Below, in pieces: positions 37,477 to 47,552 of a stretch of DNA of 58,172 nucleotides. The notes below the pieces were generated by a model. That model did not search any database. It had not been told where the DNA came from and saw nothing but the letters and a program-made list of their open reading frames with translations. Within the stretch, counting starts at the first letter, position 1. Each line of letters opens with the position of its first letter. Position numbers and translations under genes: made by a program. The DNA comes from Puniceicoccales bacterium (GTDB lineage Bacteria; Verrucomicrobiota; Verrucomicrobiia; Opitutales; JAIRKQ01), in the NCBI GenBank assembly GCA_031284015.1, contig JAITAS010000062.1, forward strand, positions 1 to 58,172. The letters are read 5' to 3'.

Positions 37477-39825
37477 ATGATTAGAAAAATAGTGATATTC
37501 ATACCAATTTACTTGATATTATTAGGGCCATGCCAAAAGGTGTTTTCCGAAGACGTATTGAATGGTCCCAACATTGTTAAAAGTATAGAGTATAAGTGTT
37601 GTGGCTCCGAATTAAACATCAGCCAAGATGTCATTGCATCGTACATACTTTTAAAAGAAGGAGAAGAATTTTCTCCATTTCTGGCGGATGCCTCTTTGAA
37701 ATCGTTATACACGAGTGGAAAATTTGAACACGTGTCCGTCAAGGTTGATGAGATTGTGGGAACCAATGACTATAGGGTAACATTTTCACTGACTCCCAAG
37801 GTCCAGGTCGAATCGATTGAGTTTATAGGAAACAAAAAATTTAAATCTAAGGTTTTGCTAAAAAAAATATCAACCAAAGCTAAAGCAGGGTTATCAAAGG
37901 GAACTTTGAAATCGGATGAGGAAGCTCTGGTAAAATTTTACAATGACAAAGGCTATCCCTATGCCAGCGTATCCTATGAGACTGTCAACGTAAGTGATGC
38001 CATCCAGAGCAAAGTAATATTCAACATCGTTGAGGGTCAAAAATTCCGCATTGGAAAAATTAAATTTATTGGCAATGATGTGGTAAAAGAATCCGAACTC
38101 CTAAAAGCTATACGTACAAAAAGATGGACGTTGTTTTCTATTTTTAAGAAAACAGGGTTATATCGCCCTGATGACTTTAATGCTGACCTCGGAACAATTA
38201 AAACAATTTTTCGTAACTACGGTTATCTGGATGTTGAAATCGACGAAGGGAGGATTACCTATGAGAACAGTCGAAAAAACACTTTAATCATATCCATTCC
38301 AATACATACGGGCCAAAAATATTATGTGGGAACAGTAACAATAATGGGGAACAATCTATACGAAACCAAAGAGATAGAAGAAATTCTTTCCATTCGAAGT
38401 ATGGATGTGTTTTCGCCCGCCGAGATTGATGCTGCCTGTGACAGGATCATCGATTTTTACGGTCAATCTGGATATATTAATACAAATATCCACGTAAACA
38501 AGAAAGCAAATTTGACATCAGATAGGATAGACCTTGAATTTTTAGTCAACGAATCTGCAAAATGTTTCGTGGATGAAATTGAAATTCATGGAAATTCTAA
38601 GACCAAAAACAAGGTAATTTTACGTGAGTTAGCATTAGCTCCTGGTGACCCATTTGATCTTGTGAGAATGAAAAATAGCAGATCAAGGCTAATGAACACG
38701 GGGTACTTTTCTTTTGTTGATATTTCTCCAGTTAACACCAAAGTGCCAGAAAAAAAGGACATTCACATAGATGTAAAAGAAGCCAATACTGGCAAAGCTG
38801 GCTTGGGTGGTGGAATTAGTACTGGAGGAGAAATAGTTGGATTTATAGAATTTAGCCAGAGAAATTTTGATATCAATAGCCAAAACAAGCAATTTCAAGG
38901 TGGCGGTCAAAAATTTCGTTCACGCTTACAAATTGGAAAACATACATTGTCGGCGGATGTCAATTTTGAAGAACCATGGTGGTATGACCGCGAGCTCGCC
39001 ATAGGAACAAATTTATTTTGCCATAAAACTTCCTACGATCGAAAGCTACAAGATTATTCGGGTGCAGATTATAGTCAAGATCGTGTGGGGGGAGAAATAT
39101 ATTTGCGGAAACGTATTTTTGATTTTTGGGAAGGGAAATTGACCTATGGTTTGGAATCCGTTAAAATTTATAGCATTTCCAAATGTGCACCAAAAGCTTT
39201 CTTCGACAGAGAAGGAAATACCACCATTTCCAAGGTAACATTTTCCCTAGAACGAGATACCCGCAATAATTTCATATACCCTACGACGGGTTCCAGGATT
39301 GGTGCTACCACAGAGCTTGCTGGAGGTCCATTTTTAGGCCAAACAAAGTATGTAAAATTTTATACATATGGAATAAAGCATTGGTTAGTTTTCGATACTG
39401 CCCAACAAGTATTTTCAATAATTGGGCAAGTTGGTACGATAATTCCTTATGGTGGCGGCACAACGCCATTCTTTGATCGGTTTTATTTGGGCGGTCAAAA
39501 TTTCATGAAAGGATTTAAAGGTCATGACATTGGTCCCAAAGAGAATGGTACGGGTGTCGGTGGTAACACATTTACCTATGGAGCTCTCGAATATTGTTTT
39601 AAGATCATGGACCCTATTAGATTTTATCTGTTCGCCGAAGTGGGCTTTATTAATCAAAGGGAATGGAATTTTTCCGTAAAAAATTATAATACAGACGTTG
39701 GATTTGGGCTAAAAATATCCATCATGAATGTTCCACTTAGGCTTGATTTCGGATTTCCTATTCATGGGGAAGGAAATAATAAGCATGGTATGCGGTTCAA
39801 CTATTCATTCGGAACGGCATTTTAG
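37477..39825 (+). CDS. bamA: Outer membrane protein assembly factor BamA (start placed at Met11 of ORF 37447-39825, after the dnaB stop)
   Basis: It has a signal-anchor MIRKIVIFIPIYLILLGP, repeated POTRA-like units (I..I.F.GN.....L), a C-terminal Omp85 barrel with RFYLGG, and terminal ...RFNYSFGTAF. Confidence 0.85.
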   Translation: MIRKIVIFIPIYLILLGPCQKVFSEDVLNGPNIVKSIEYKCCGSELNISQDVIASYILLKEGEEFSPFLADASLKSLYTSGKFEHVSVKVDEIVGTNDYRVTFSLTPKVQVESIEFIGNKKFKSKVLLKKISTKAKAGLSKGTLKSDEEALVKFYNDKGYPYASVSYETVNVSDAIQSKVIFNIVEGQKFRIGKIKFIGNDVVKESELLKAIRTKRWTLFSIFKKTGLYRPDDFNADLGTIKTIFRNYGYLDVEIDEGRITYENSRKNTLIISIPIHTGQKYYVGTVTIMGNNLYETKEIEEILSIRSMDVFSPAEIDAACDRIIDFYGQSGYINTNIHVNKKANLTSDRIDLEFLVNESAKCFVDEIEIHGNSKTKNKVILRELALAPGDPFDLVRMKNSRSRLMNTGYFSFVDISPVNTKVPEKKDIHIDVKEANTGKAGLGGGISTGGEIVGFIEFSQRNFDINSQNKQFQGGGQKFRSRLQIGKHTLSADVNFEEPWWYDRELAIGTNLFCHKTSYDRKLQDYSGADYSQDRVGGEIYLRKRIFDFWEGKLTYGLESVKIYSISKCAPKAFFDREGNTTISKVTFSLERDTRNNFIYPTTGSRIGATTELAGGPFLGQTKYVKFYTYGIKHWLVFDTAQQVFSIIGQVGTIIPYGGGTTPFFDRFYLGGQNFMKGFKGHDIGPKENGTGVGGNTFTYGALEYCFKIMDPIRFYLFAEVGFINQREWNFSVKNYNTDVGFGLKISIMNVPLRLDFGFPIHGEGNNKHGMRFNYSFGTAF

Positions 39826-40031
39826 TAAAAGTACCACAGTGGGAAGCGTGCTTGTTAAAATGACAAATGTTTTGATGAACGATGGGTACGGTGTATATCA
39901 CTTACCTTGTGCAAAGGTGAATTTGCCATTGTTGGGCGTGGCAATGTTAATGGGTTACGATATGGCTTTCCGCAAGATTGTACTTGTAAAAACGCGGCTC
40001 CTAAGCAATATGGCATATGTAAGTTGCATCC

Positions 40032-42350
40032 ATGAATAAATTTTTAAAAGCATTTTGTAGTATATTGGCCGTGTGTATCCCATTCGTTGGGCAAGGATCC
40101 CTCCTTCGAGCCATATCTGTTACCGAAGCTGAGAATGGTTTGTTTCCGACTCGGACAATGCGGGCAGAAACCATATACATGGTGCGCTGTATGGAAGAAT
40201 TACATTTGGAGCACAAAACCATCTCCTTACTCGACAATAGGACAATTATGATCGAGTTTTTGTCGGAATTGGACCCCGGGAAGATGATATTTTTACAAAA
40301 GGATGTCGACGGCTTGGTGAAAAAATTTGTGCCGACACTCGATGTTTTCGTAAGTGGCGGTAGTCTTATGCCTGCATTTAATGCTTTTGAAAAATTCAGA
40401 ACACTTTTCTATTCCCGAATGGATTGGGTGTTGGCTAAGTTGGACAAGGGGTTTAATTTTTCTAAAGATGATGTCATTGTGCCGAATAGGAAGAATTACA
40501 ACTGGCCACAGACAGAGGAAGAGGCAAATGTTTTATGGAAAAAACGTTTAAAGTTTGATGTTTTAAACGAGGCAATGAGCCTGTACAAACTAGATAAGCC
40601 AAAGGACAAAAATGATGACCTTTCCAACGAAACATTTACCCAAATAGAAAATATAGAGGAGAAGTGCAATCAACCCACGGAGGATGACATCGAAAAAAAA
40701 TTGGAGGAGGCGACAAAGAATGTCAAACGGCGCTATGAAAATCTGCGGAGGACATATAAAGATTTAGATTCTTGGGTGCTCCAAGAAATGTTTTTAAATA
40801 GCATTTCAAAGATGTATGATCCACATACAAGTTTTTTGTCAAAGGATTCTTTTGAGGATTTAAGTACTCATATTCACAACTCATTAATTGGGATAGGTGC
40901 TGAGTTACGGGATGAGAACGGTGTATGTACGATTAATAAACTGATCCCAGGAGGTCCGGCCAAATTATCTGGTGAAATCAAAGTCGGTGATAAAATTATC
41001 GCAGTTGCCCAGGGCGATGATGGCGAGTTTGTGGATATAGTTGGGCTCAGACTGTATAAAACGGTTAAACTGTTGCGTGGGAAAAAGAACACCGTCGTTC
41101 GTGTTAAATTGGAGACGGTATCGGGGGATGCCAAAGTCGTTAGATTAGTTCGAGATAATGTTAAACTGAATGCTACGAGGGCAAAAGCTAAATATTTTGA
41201 ACTGAAGCGAGATGATGATATGGTAAAAATTGGAGTGATAGAATTACCATCTTTTTATGGCGATGCAAATCAAAATGATGAACAGTGTACATATGCGGAT
41301 AAGGACATAAAAACACTATTGGAAGTGTTGAAAAGCAGAGGGATCGATGGGTTAATTTTAGACCTCCGTCAAAATGGAGGTGGGTTGCTAAATCAAGCGG
41401 TCTCAGTTGCGGGCTTATTCATAAAGACGGGACCGATAGTACAAGTGAAAGATTCATTCGGCAAAATAGAGCAGTTTTATGATGAAGATGAGTCCATTGC
41501 TTGGGAAGGACCATTGATAATCCTATCTTCATCGATGAGTGCATCGGCATCGGAAATTTTAATAGGAGCATTACACGATCACAGACGTGCTATAATTGTG
41601 GGAGCAAAAGCTACGTATGGAAAGGGAAGTGTTCAAGTGGTGCTGGACATGAATACGTTTTTTAATTCTCTAAACGGAAATAAAGACCTTGGAGCGGCAT
41701 ATATTACGGTACAAAAATGGTATTTACCGACCGGTACTTCAATGCAGTTAAAAGGTGTACCCGCCGATATAAAATTACCTAGCCTCGACGAATGTTTCCA
41801 CAAACGGGAAGCGGATTATCCATGGGCACTAAGCTACGACACAATTACTCCGATCGAATTTGACTATGACAGTGGACTCAAAAACAACCAATGTTATGTG
41901 TCCGATGACTTGATTCTTAGCCTCTCTGAGAATTCAAAAGCTCGCCAGAAGTCTTTGAAAGAATTTACAACGTGGGATGAGCGAATAAAACATTATGACG
42001 GAATTGTCAATAGAAAAGAATTTCCGCTAAAAATTGCTACTCGAATTGAGGAAAATAAACTGGAAGATGCTTTCAAACATGCGATGAACAAGGAAATCGA
42101 AATGTTAGGCAAACTTCAAAACTATTACTGTGAAGATATCATGCTACCCGACATCGTGTGTGACGACAACACTGACACGGAAGAAGAGCCAGAAGAAGAT
42201 ATTGATGGCATAATGATTTTTGATACAAATTTGAGGGAATGTTTAAGAATTATTGCCGATTGGATATGGATAGAAGATTTGCAAGTCAGACCTCCAAATT
42301 TGGACCCTTCCCATGAACAAAGTTTGAAGGCTCAGACTTTATTAAAATAA
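40032..42350 (+). CDS. prc: Tail-specific (C-terminal processing) protease, S41 family
   Basis: 772 aa. It has a signal peptide, a PDZ segment (GIGAELRDENG...GGPAKLSG.IKVGDKIIAV), the S41 catalytic region SSMSASASEILIGAL (Ser) and TYGKGSVQ (Lys). Confidence 0.8.
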   Translation: MNKFLKAFCSILAVCIPFVGQGSLLRAISVTEAENGLFPTRTMRAETIYMVRCMEELHLEHKTISLLDNRTIMIEFLSELDPGKMIFLQKDVDGLVKKFVPTLDVFVSGGSLMPAFNAFEKFRTLFYSRMDWVLAKLDKGFNFSKDDVIVPNRKNYNWPQTEEEANVLWKKRLKFDVLNEAMSLYKLDKPKDKNDDLSNETFTQIENIEEKCNQPTEDDIEKKLEEATKNVKRRYENLRRTYKDLDSWVLQEMFLNSISKMYDPHTSFLSKDSFEDLSTHIHNSLIGIGAELRDENGVCTINKLIPGGPAKLSGEIKVGDKIIAVAQGDDGEFVDIVGLRLYKTVKLLRGKKNTVVRVKLETVSGDAKVVRLVRDNVKLNATRAKAKYFELKRDDDMVKIGVIELPSFYGDANQNDEQCTYADKDIKTLLEVLKSRGIDGLILDLRQNGGGLLNQAVSVAGLFIKTGPIVQVKDSFGKIEQFYDEDESIAWEGPLIILSSSMSASASEILIGALHDHRRAIIVGAKATYGKGSVQVVLDMNTFFNSLNGNKDLGAAYITVQKWYLPTGTSMQLKGVPADIKLPSLDECFHKREADYPWALSYDTITPIEFDYDSGLKNNQCYVSDDLILSLSENSKARQKSLKEFTTWDERIKHYDGIVNRKEFPLKIATRIEENKLEDAFKHAMNKEIEMLGKLQNYYCEDIMLPDIVCDDNTDTEEEPEEDIDGIMIFDTNLRECLRIIADWIWIEDLQVRPPNLDPSHEQSLKAQTLLK

Positions 42351-44237
42351 ATGAGTATTCTCGATACCATACATGCTCCACATGATGTCAAGGTTCTAAA
42401 TAGGGATCAGCTGAAAGAGTTGGCAAAAGAAATTCGCCAAACATTGATAAATGTGACAGCGACCAATGGGGGACATTTAGCTTCCAATCTCGGGATAGTG
42501 GAACTTACGATAGCATTGCATCGCGTTTTTGACTCTCCCCGCGATAGGTTTGTTTTTGATGTTTCCCACCAAACCTATGTACACAAACTGTTGACCGGAA
42601 GGAATGACGCCAAGTTTCGTCAAATCAGGATGGAAGGTGGGTATAGCGGCTTTTCAGATCCAACCGAGAGCGAACATGATACTTTTATTGCCGGACATGC
42701 GGGGACAGCGTTATCGGTTGCCCTCGGATTTGCCTATGCCAGAGATCGCATTGGTGATCACAAAAATAGTCATATCGTTGCCATTCTCGGTGATGCTTCA
42801 TTAACATGCGGAATGACACTGGAAGCGTTGAATAACCTAACAAGGACAACAAAAAAATTGATCGTGGTCGTTAATGATAATAAATTCTCGATAGACGAAA
42901 ATGTTGGAGCCATATCCATCTATTTAAATAAAATTCTCATAAGTGGATTTTACAAAACCGTTACCAATTCAATAAAAAAGATATTGGGCCGTGGAAAGTT
43001 TGGAAAAGCCATTGTGCGAGGCGTACGCAAACTGAAATGTGCCATTAAAAGTATAATTTTACCAACTTCCTACTTTGAATACTACGGCTTGCGGTATTTT
43101 GGTCCCATCGATGGACACGACACCGCTAAGCTGGAAGAGATTTTGGAATTTTGTAAACTTTCAAAGATTCCAACCCTTGTCCATGTGAAAACCATAAAAG
43201 GCAATGGATATGCGGATGCCATACACTTTCCTGAAACGTTTCATAGGGTTGAACCAGAGAGGATAGGCGCTACCACTTTACAGCCGAATGAGGTCTTCTA
43301 TGGAGAAATTTTAGGTAAAGAACTTACAAAACTAGCGCAGAAAGACAGAACCATCGTAGGTGTGGTGGCTGCAATGGCGCGTGGCACAGGATTGTCATAC
43401 CTAAGAGATCATTTTTGGGACCAATACGTTGATGTAGGAATTGCCGAGGAACATGCTGTGACATTTTCAGCTGCACTGGCCAAATGTGGTATGCGCCCTG
43501 TTTGTGCAATATATTCCACATTTTTGCAACGTGCGTTTGACCAGGTGTTGCACGATGTATGTTTGCAAAATTTGCCGGTGGTGTTTTGTATAGATCGTGC
43601 TGGAATTGCATTGCATGATGGAATGACACATCATGGAATATTTGATCTGTCATATTTGAGACTGATTCCCAATGCGGTTATTTTACAACCCAAAAATATT
43701 CAAGAATTTGTAAATGCATTGCATTCTGCTTTCAAATGGCACCGTCCCGTTTTCCTAAGATATCCCAAATCTTGTAATCGAAATACGGATCTGGATGTCT
43801 TAAATTTTTCGCAATATTTGCAGCTTGGCAAGGCAGAAAAAATTATCGAAGGTCGGAAAGTTTGTTTCCTTGCACTAGGTAATATGGTAGATTTAGCACA
43901 TAAAATTTGCAAAGAGCTAGAGAATTTTGGCATTCAAGCTGGGATCATAAACATGATATTTGTTAAACCCTTGGATGAAGAAATGTTGAGAGAGATTGCT
44001 CAAGATTATGAATTTGTCGTAACACTCGAAGATAATGTTTTGATGGGAGGATTCGGGAGCGCCGTTTTAGAATTTTACAACGACAATGGTATAAAAATCA
44101 ACGTCTTGCGCCATGGTTGGCCCGACAACTTTATAAAACATGGCACGTCCCTCGATGTTCTACGCTCGAAATATGGCCTATCGGCAATAGATATTGCCAA
44201 TAAAGTACTATCCACCTTGAATGCTTACACTCCTTGA
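42351..44237 (+). CDS. dxs: 1-deoxy-D-xylulose-5-phosphate synthase
   Basis: 628 aa. It has GGHLASNLGIVELTIALH, VFDVSHQTYVHKLLTGR, the TPP motif GDASLTCGMTLEALNN and IAEEHAVTF. The ATG directly follows the prc stop codon. Confidence 0.95.
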   Translation: MSILDTIHAPHDVKVLNRDQLKELAKEIRQTLINVTATNGGHLASNLGIVELTIALHRVFDSPRDRFVFDVSHQTYVHKLLTGRNDAKFRQIRMEGGYSGFSDPTESEHDTFIAGHAGTALSVALGFAYARDRIGDHKNSHIVAILGDASLTCGMTLEALNNLTRTTKKLIVVVNDNKFSIDENVGAISIYLNKILISGFYKTVTNSIKKILGRGKFGKAIVRGVRKLKCAIKSIILPTSYFEYYGLRYFGPIDGHDTAKLEEILEFCKLSKIPTLVHVKTIKGNGYADAIHFPETFHRVEPERIGATTLQPNEVFYGEILGKELTKLAQKDRTIVGVVAAMARGTGLSYLRDHFWDQYVDVGIAEEHAVTFSAALAKCGMRPVCAIYSTFLQRAFDQVLHDVCLQNLPVVFCIDRAGIALHDGMTHHGIFDLSYLRLIPNAVILQPKNIQEFVNALHSAFKWHRPVFLRYPKSCNRNTDLDVLNFSQYLQLGKAEKIIEGRKVCFLALGNMVDLAHKICKELENFGIQAGIINMIFVKPLDEEMLREIAQDYEFVVTLEDNVLMGGFGSAVLEFYNDNGIKINVLRHGWPDNFIKHGTSLDVLRSKYGLSAIDIANKVLSTLNAYTP

Positions 44238-44304
44238 AATATGCAATCTGTGAATTACCGCTTAAGAGCATATCAATTGGATCGAAGAAAAAACGTTGTT
44301 AAGG

Positions 44305-44859
44305 TTATTCAAGCAACCACTTTGCAAACTCAAAAAGTGATGGAAAAATCTTAATGTTTTTACATGTTGGATGCTTAGAAAAAAATGTTTTTGCTCCGTC
44401 ATTGGATGTAATTAAAACGGCATTGATTTGTGCATTTAGGCCAGCAAAGATATCGCTTTCTTTGTCCCCCACCATGTAACAATTTTCTCTTTGAAGGTCG
44501 AATTGTTCTATCATGTCGACAATAAACTTTGGAGATGGCTTTCTGTAAATCGGAACATCATCGGGAGATTCTGGGGCTATGCAAATTGCATCGAACAAAT
44601 TCGGTCCTTGGTCCAATAGTTTCTCCATGCGCAAGTTACATTTGAATACATCATCCATCGTAATTATCCCTCGTGCCACTCCGCTTTGGTTGCTAAACAG
44701 GAACAACATGCATTGCGCCGATTTCAAACTTGAAATGGCATCTTTGGCCTTAGGCAATAACTCAACATCATTTGGGTCTTTGAGATAATTTTTATCAACG
44801 ATAATCGTACCATCCCTATCAAAGAAAATAGCTGTTTTGGCAGTTACCGTTGTCTTCAC
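44305..44859 (-). CDS. gmhB: HAD-IIIA phosphatase, probable D,D-heptose 1,7-bisphosphate phosphatase
   Basis: 184 aa. It has the DxDGT motif FFDRDGTIIV, SNQSGVARG, and RKPSP...MVGDKESD. Confidence 0.7.
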   Translation of the reverse strand: MKTTVTAKTAIFFDRDGTIIVDKNYLKDPNDVELLPKAKDAISSLKSAQCMLFLFSNQSGVARGIITMDDVFKCNLRMEKLLDQGPNLFDAICIAPESPDDVPIYRKPSPKFIVDMIEQFDLQRENCYMVGDKESDIFAGLNAQINAVLITSNDGAKTFFSKHPTCKNIKIFPSLFEFAKWLLE

Positions 44860-45908
44860 AGTGAAACTTTATCCGTTTTAAGCGATGGTTTTCCCATTAA
44901 TTTGTAAATTTTTAAATTGAATGCCATGGGCAATACCATACTAGCCAATATTTGGCACATAAATGTGGGAGGCAAGGGTGATGTGTTTTTTTTGTAGATA
45001 AAAACAAGTGGCGTAATCGTCAAAAACACCATTGCCGATATTATGAAAATAGCGGCAAAGTAATTTTTTTCAAACAGCTCTTCGAGGTTTTTGAAGGAAT
45101 CGGTCTTAGTATCTTTATACAAAGCAGTTGTAACCTGGGTGGTAATGGCCATAAAGATTCCTTGCGTAATTGCTAACGGTGTGATCAAATCAAATTTTTC
45201 CATTGGTAAATACATGGTAAAAAACCAAATATATCCGCTTTGCCAACATGCCATATATGCCATTAGCGCACGCAGTTTTGTTTTTGTAAAAAACAAAATG
45301 GGAACGAATCCTAACGTACTATACACCATTATGGACAAAAGAAAATTAATTATGGTATTTCCTCTCATGGAAACCAATGGTCCTATGGTTGATAGAAAAA
45401 ATAGAACCATGATTGGGCGTATGATAATCAACCAGGTATTTAAAAACAGCGAGGGCGCCCGTGAAAAAAAAGAATCGATCCAGCTGCTTAGCGGATATGT
45501 GGACATTAATATTCCAAATCCAAGGATATATAATACGTTCGCACTGATGTGCCACCTCATGCTTTGGGATAGTATGCTTGCACAAGTACACAAAACGAGC
45601 GCAAAAAAATGGCAGGCTGCAAATTTTTTTGCAACATATCTCGTGTCTCCATATCCATGTACTAATAGCAGAACACTCCACAAAATAGCCAATAGCCCAA
45701 TAAAATTCTGTAAGTTATTGACTGCACAACAAAATATCAAAAGCATAAACAATGGAAACTGTTTACCACAATAAGTTAGGCAAAGAGCGTTACTGTGTTT
45801 CGCATTATTTACGCCCCTTGGATCCAACATCAATGCACTCCCCATGAACATCAAAGCAACCATGCTCGCTAACATTAGGATCGAATGCCTAATGGGTATT
45901 TGTATCAT
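44856..45908 (-). CDS. Divergent Proton_antipo_M-family (NuoN/NuoM/MrpD-like) membrane protein lacking the conserved charged residues
   Basis: 350 aa and polytopic. GFGILMSTYPLSSWIDSFFSRAP aligns with GF..K....PFH.W.PD.....AP (P-x3-W-x7-AP spacing conserved). LRALMAYMACWQSGYIWF aligns with KRLLAYSSI...GY about 75 aa later, as in NuoN. The conserved Lys and His positions are replaced. Its 3' end overlaps the gmhB start by 4 nt. Confidence 0.45.
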   Translation of the reverse strand: MIQIPIRHSILMLASMVALMFMGSALMLDPRGVNNAKHSNALCLTYCGKQFPLFMLLIFCCAVNNLQNFIGLLAILWSVLLLVHGYGDTRYVAKKFAACHFFALVLCTCASILSQSMRWHISANVLYILGFGILMSTYPLSSWIDSFFSRAPSLFLNTWLIIIRPIMVLFFLSTIGPLVSMRGNTIINFLLSIMVYSTLGFVPILFFTKTKLRALMAYMACWQSGYIWFFTMYLPMEKFDLITPLAITQGIFMAITTQVTTALYKDTKTDSFKNLEELFEKNYFAAIFIISAMVFLTITPLVFIYKKNTSPLPPTFMCQILASMVLPMAFNLKIYKLMGKPSLKTDKVSL

Positions 45909-46078
45909 CGTGTCTCGTCCTAAATAATTTGACGTTATATTTACACATACTTGATACGTACGCGGCTAACATAGCTAAAAATGAAAATATACCAACGCAA
46001 ATACACTCCAACAGCCATTTAATTATTACCCGATCCGTAAAGTCGCAAAATTTTACTATCTTCTTTAATATCATCGCC

Positions 46079-46711
46079 TCAGTTCGTATCGTATGCCCTA
46101 TCACCAAAATCTCCAAGGCCAGGGAAAATAAATTTATGTTCATCCAGCCTTTCATCAACTGCAGCCGTGTAAATTGGAATGTCAGGAAATAAATTTTCCA
46201 AATGCCTTATGCCTTCCGGTGATGCGATCATAGAGACCATGACAACATCATTGGGGTTCTGCTGCGATACGGTTTCTAATGCTAACTCGGCTGAATGTCC
46301 CGTTGCCAACATTGGGTCAATCACGATCACAAATTTATCCTTCAGGTCTGGCAATTTGCAGTAGTATTTTCGAGCCAACGCTGTTGTTTCGTCGCGCTCC
46401 ATCCCAATATATCCTATGGACACGTCCTGTAATATGTCTATTGCTGGCTGCAACATAAGTAATCCTGCTCTCAAAATTGGCACAACCACGATGGACTGAT
46501 CCAAGTCAGTACCATCGAAATCCGCCAGTGGGGTTTTCACATTTTTCAGCTTGGTTTTTAGTCCCCGGGTTGCTTCAATCAATAGAAAATAAGTCAACTG
46601 TTTACCCAATTCACGAAACCTTGCCGCTGGAGTATTTTTATCACGCAAATCTGTCAAAATCTTATTTGCAAGGGGATGTCCTAATACGTGTAGTGTCATC
46701 TGCATACCCAT
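46079..46711 (-). CDS. upp: Uracil phosphoribosyltransferase (the true start is possibly Met5 at 46699)
   Basis: LHVLGHPLANKILTDLRDKNT matches the Upp N-terminus. It also has the PRPP-binding loop VIVIDPMLATGHSA and the C-terminal YIFPGLGDFGDR. Confidence 0.9.
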   Translation of the reverse strand: MGMQMTLHVLGHPLANKILTDLRDKNTPAARFRELGKQLTYFLLIEATRGLKTKLKNVKTPLADFDGTDLDQSIVVVPILRAGLLMLQPAIDILQDVSIGYIGMERDETTALARKYYCKLPDLKDKFVIVIDPMLATGHSAELALETVSQQNPNDVVMVSMIASPEGIRHLENLFPDIPIYTAAVDERLDEHKFIFPGLGDFGDRAYDTN

Positions 46712-46794
46712 GGAAAAATTTTTAAAGAAATAAGCAATGGATTTTTTAGAAAATATTCATCCTATGCCCCAATTTACAAATATTTCAAAGTAGA

Positions 46795-47550
46795 CTATGG
46801 ATTTGACTTCTCTTTAAAATTTTTTAAAAATTCAGCAAAATCGACCATGCTATCGGCATGAAAAGTGAAACTTTTTCCCTCCAATATATACGCTAAAGAG
46901 ATTTTTTGGGAGTGAAGAAAGAGACGGTAGTTTTCGAAATTTTTCCGAAATACCGCATTGAATCTGGAATCACCATAGGTTTCATCTCCCGCGATTGGTA
47001 ATGAATTTTGAGAACAATGCACGCGTAACTGGTGGGTCCGTCCGGTGGTAGGGAACAAATTTACAATGCTTAGGGTCACTCCACACGCACGAAAGGATTC
47101 GGACCAATGACACTTCGTTTCCGCAAATAGTCCACTTCCCAAAGACATTTTTATGGATTTCCCGACAAAATTTTTATCCAAGCGAGAACGCCAAGTGGCA
47201 TTTTTATACCTTGGATATCCCTTTACCAGGGCTACATATTGCTTAGATGTTTTCCCGTTTGCAAAGGCGATTCTTACAGCCTCAGCAACTTTTGAAGTCA
47301 GCCCAATCAAAATTAACCCAGATACCGGGCTATCCAAACGGTTAAGCAGATATACCTTGCCAAATCCTTCGCAAAGATAGGCCTGTTCTTTGAAATCATA
47401 GGGACACATAAAAAGAGCATTCGATTCGCCTCTTTTTGTATTCGGATGAGACAATATATTACATGGTTTTTCTATGGCAACGAGACCATTGCCATCGTTT
47501 TGAACAATGGAAGCATTTTTGTGTAAAAATTTCCGCAATCCACTAAACAC
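46795..47550 (-). CDS. RluA-family pseudouridine synthase
   Basis: 251 aa. It has NRLDSPVSGLILIGL (variant of HRLD..TSG with the catalytic Asp), Y.ALV.G and TGRTHQLRVH motifs. Confidence 0.75.
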   Translation of the reverse strand: MFSGLRKFLHKNASIVQNDGNGLVAIEKPCNILSHPNTKRGESNALFMCPYDFKEQAYLCEGFGKVYLLNRLDSPVSGLILIGLTSKVAEAVRIAFANGKTSKQYVALVKGYPRYKNATWRSRLDKNFVGKSIKMSLGSGLFAETKCHWSESFRACGVTLSIVNLFPTTGRTHQLRVHCSQNSLPIAGDETYGDSRFNAVFRKNFENYRLFLHSQKISLAYILEGKSFTFHADSMVDFAEFLKNFKEKSNP

Positions 47551-47552
47551 AA

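Noticed and set aside
39728-40039. 103-aa ORF (or a 59-aa version from ATG 39863) spanning the bamA-prc spacer, where skp/ompH often follows bamA
   Set aside because: Its 5' part overlaps the bamA barrel-coding region. The sequence has no signal peptide, is not Skp-like (not basic or coiled-coil), and overlaps the prc start. It is probably non-coding spacer.
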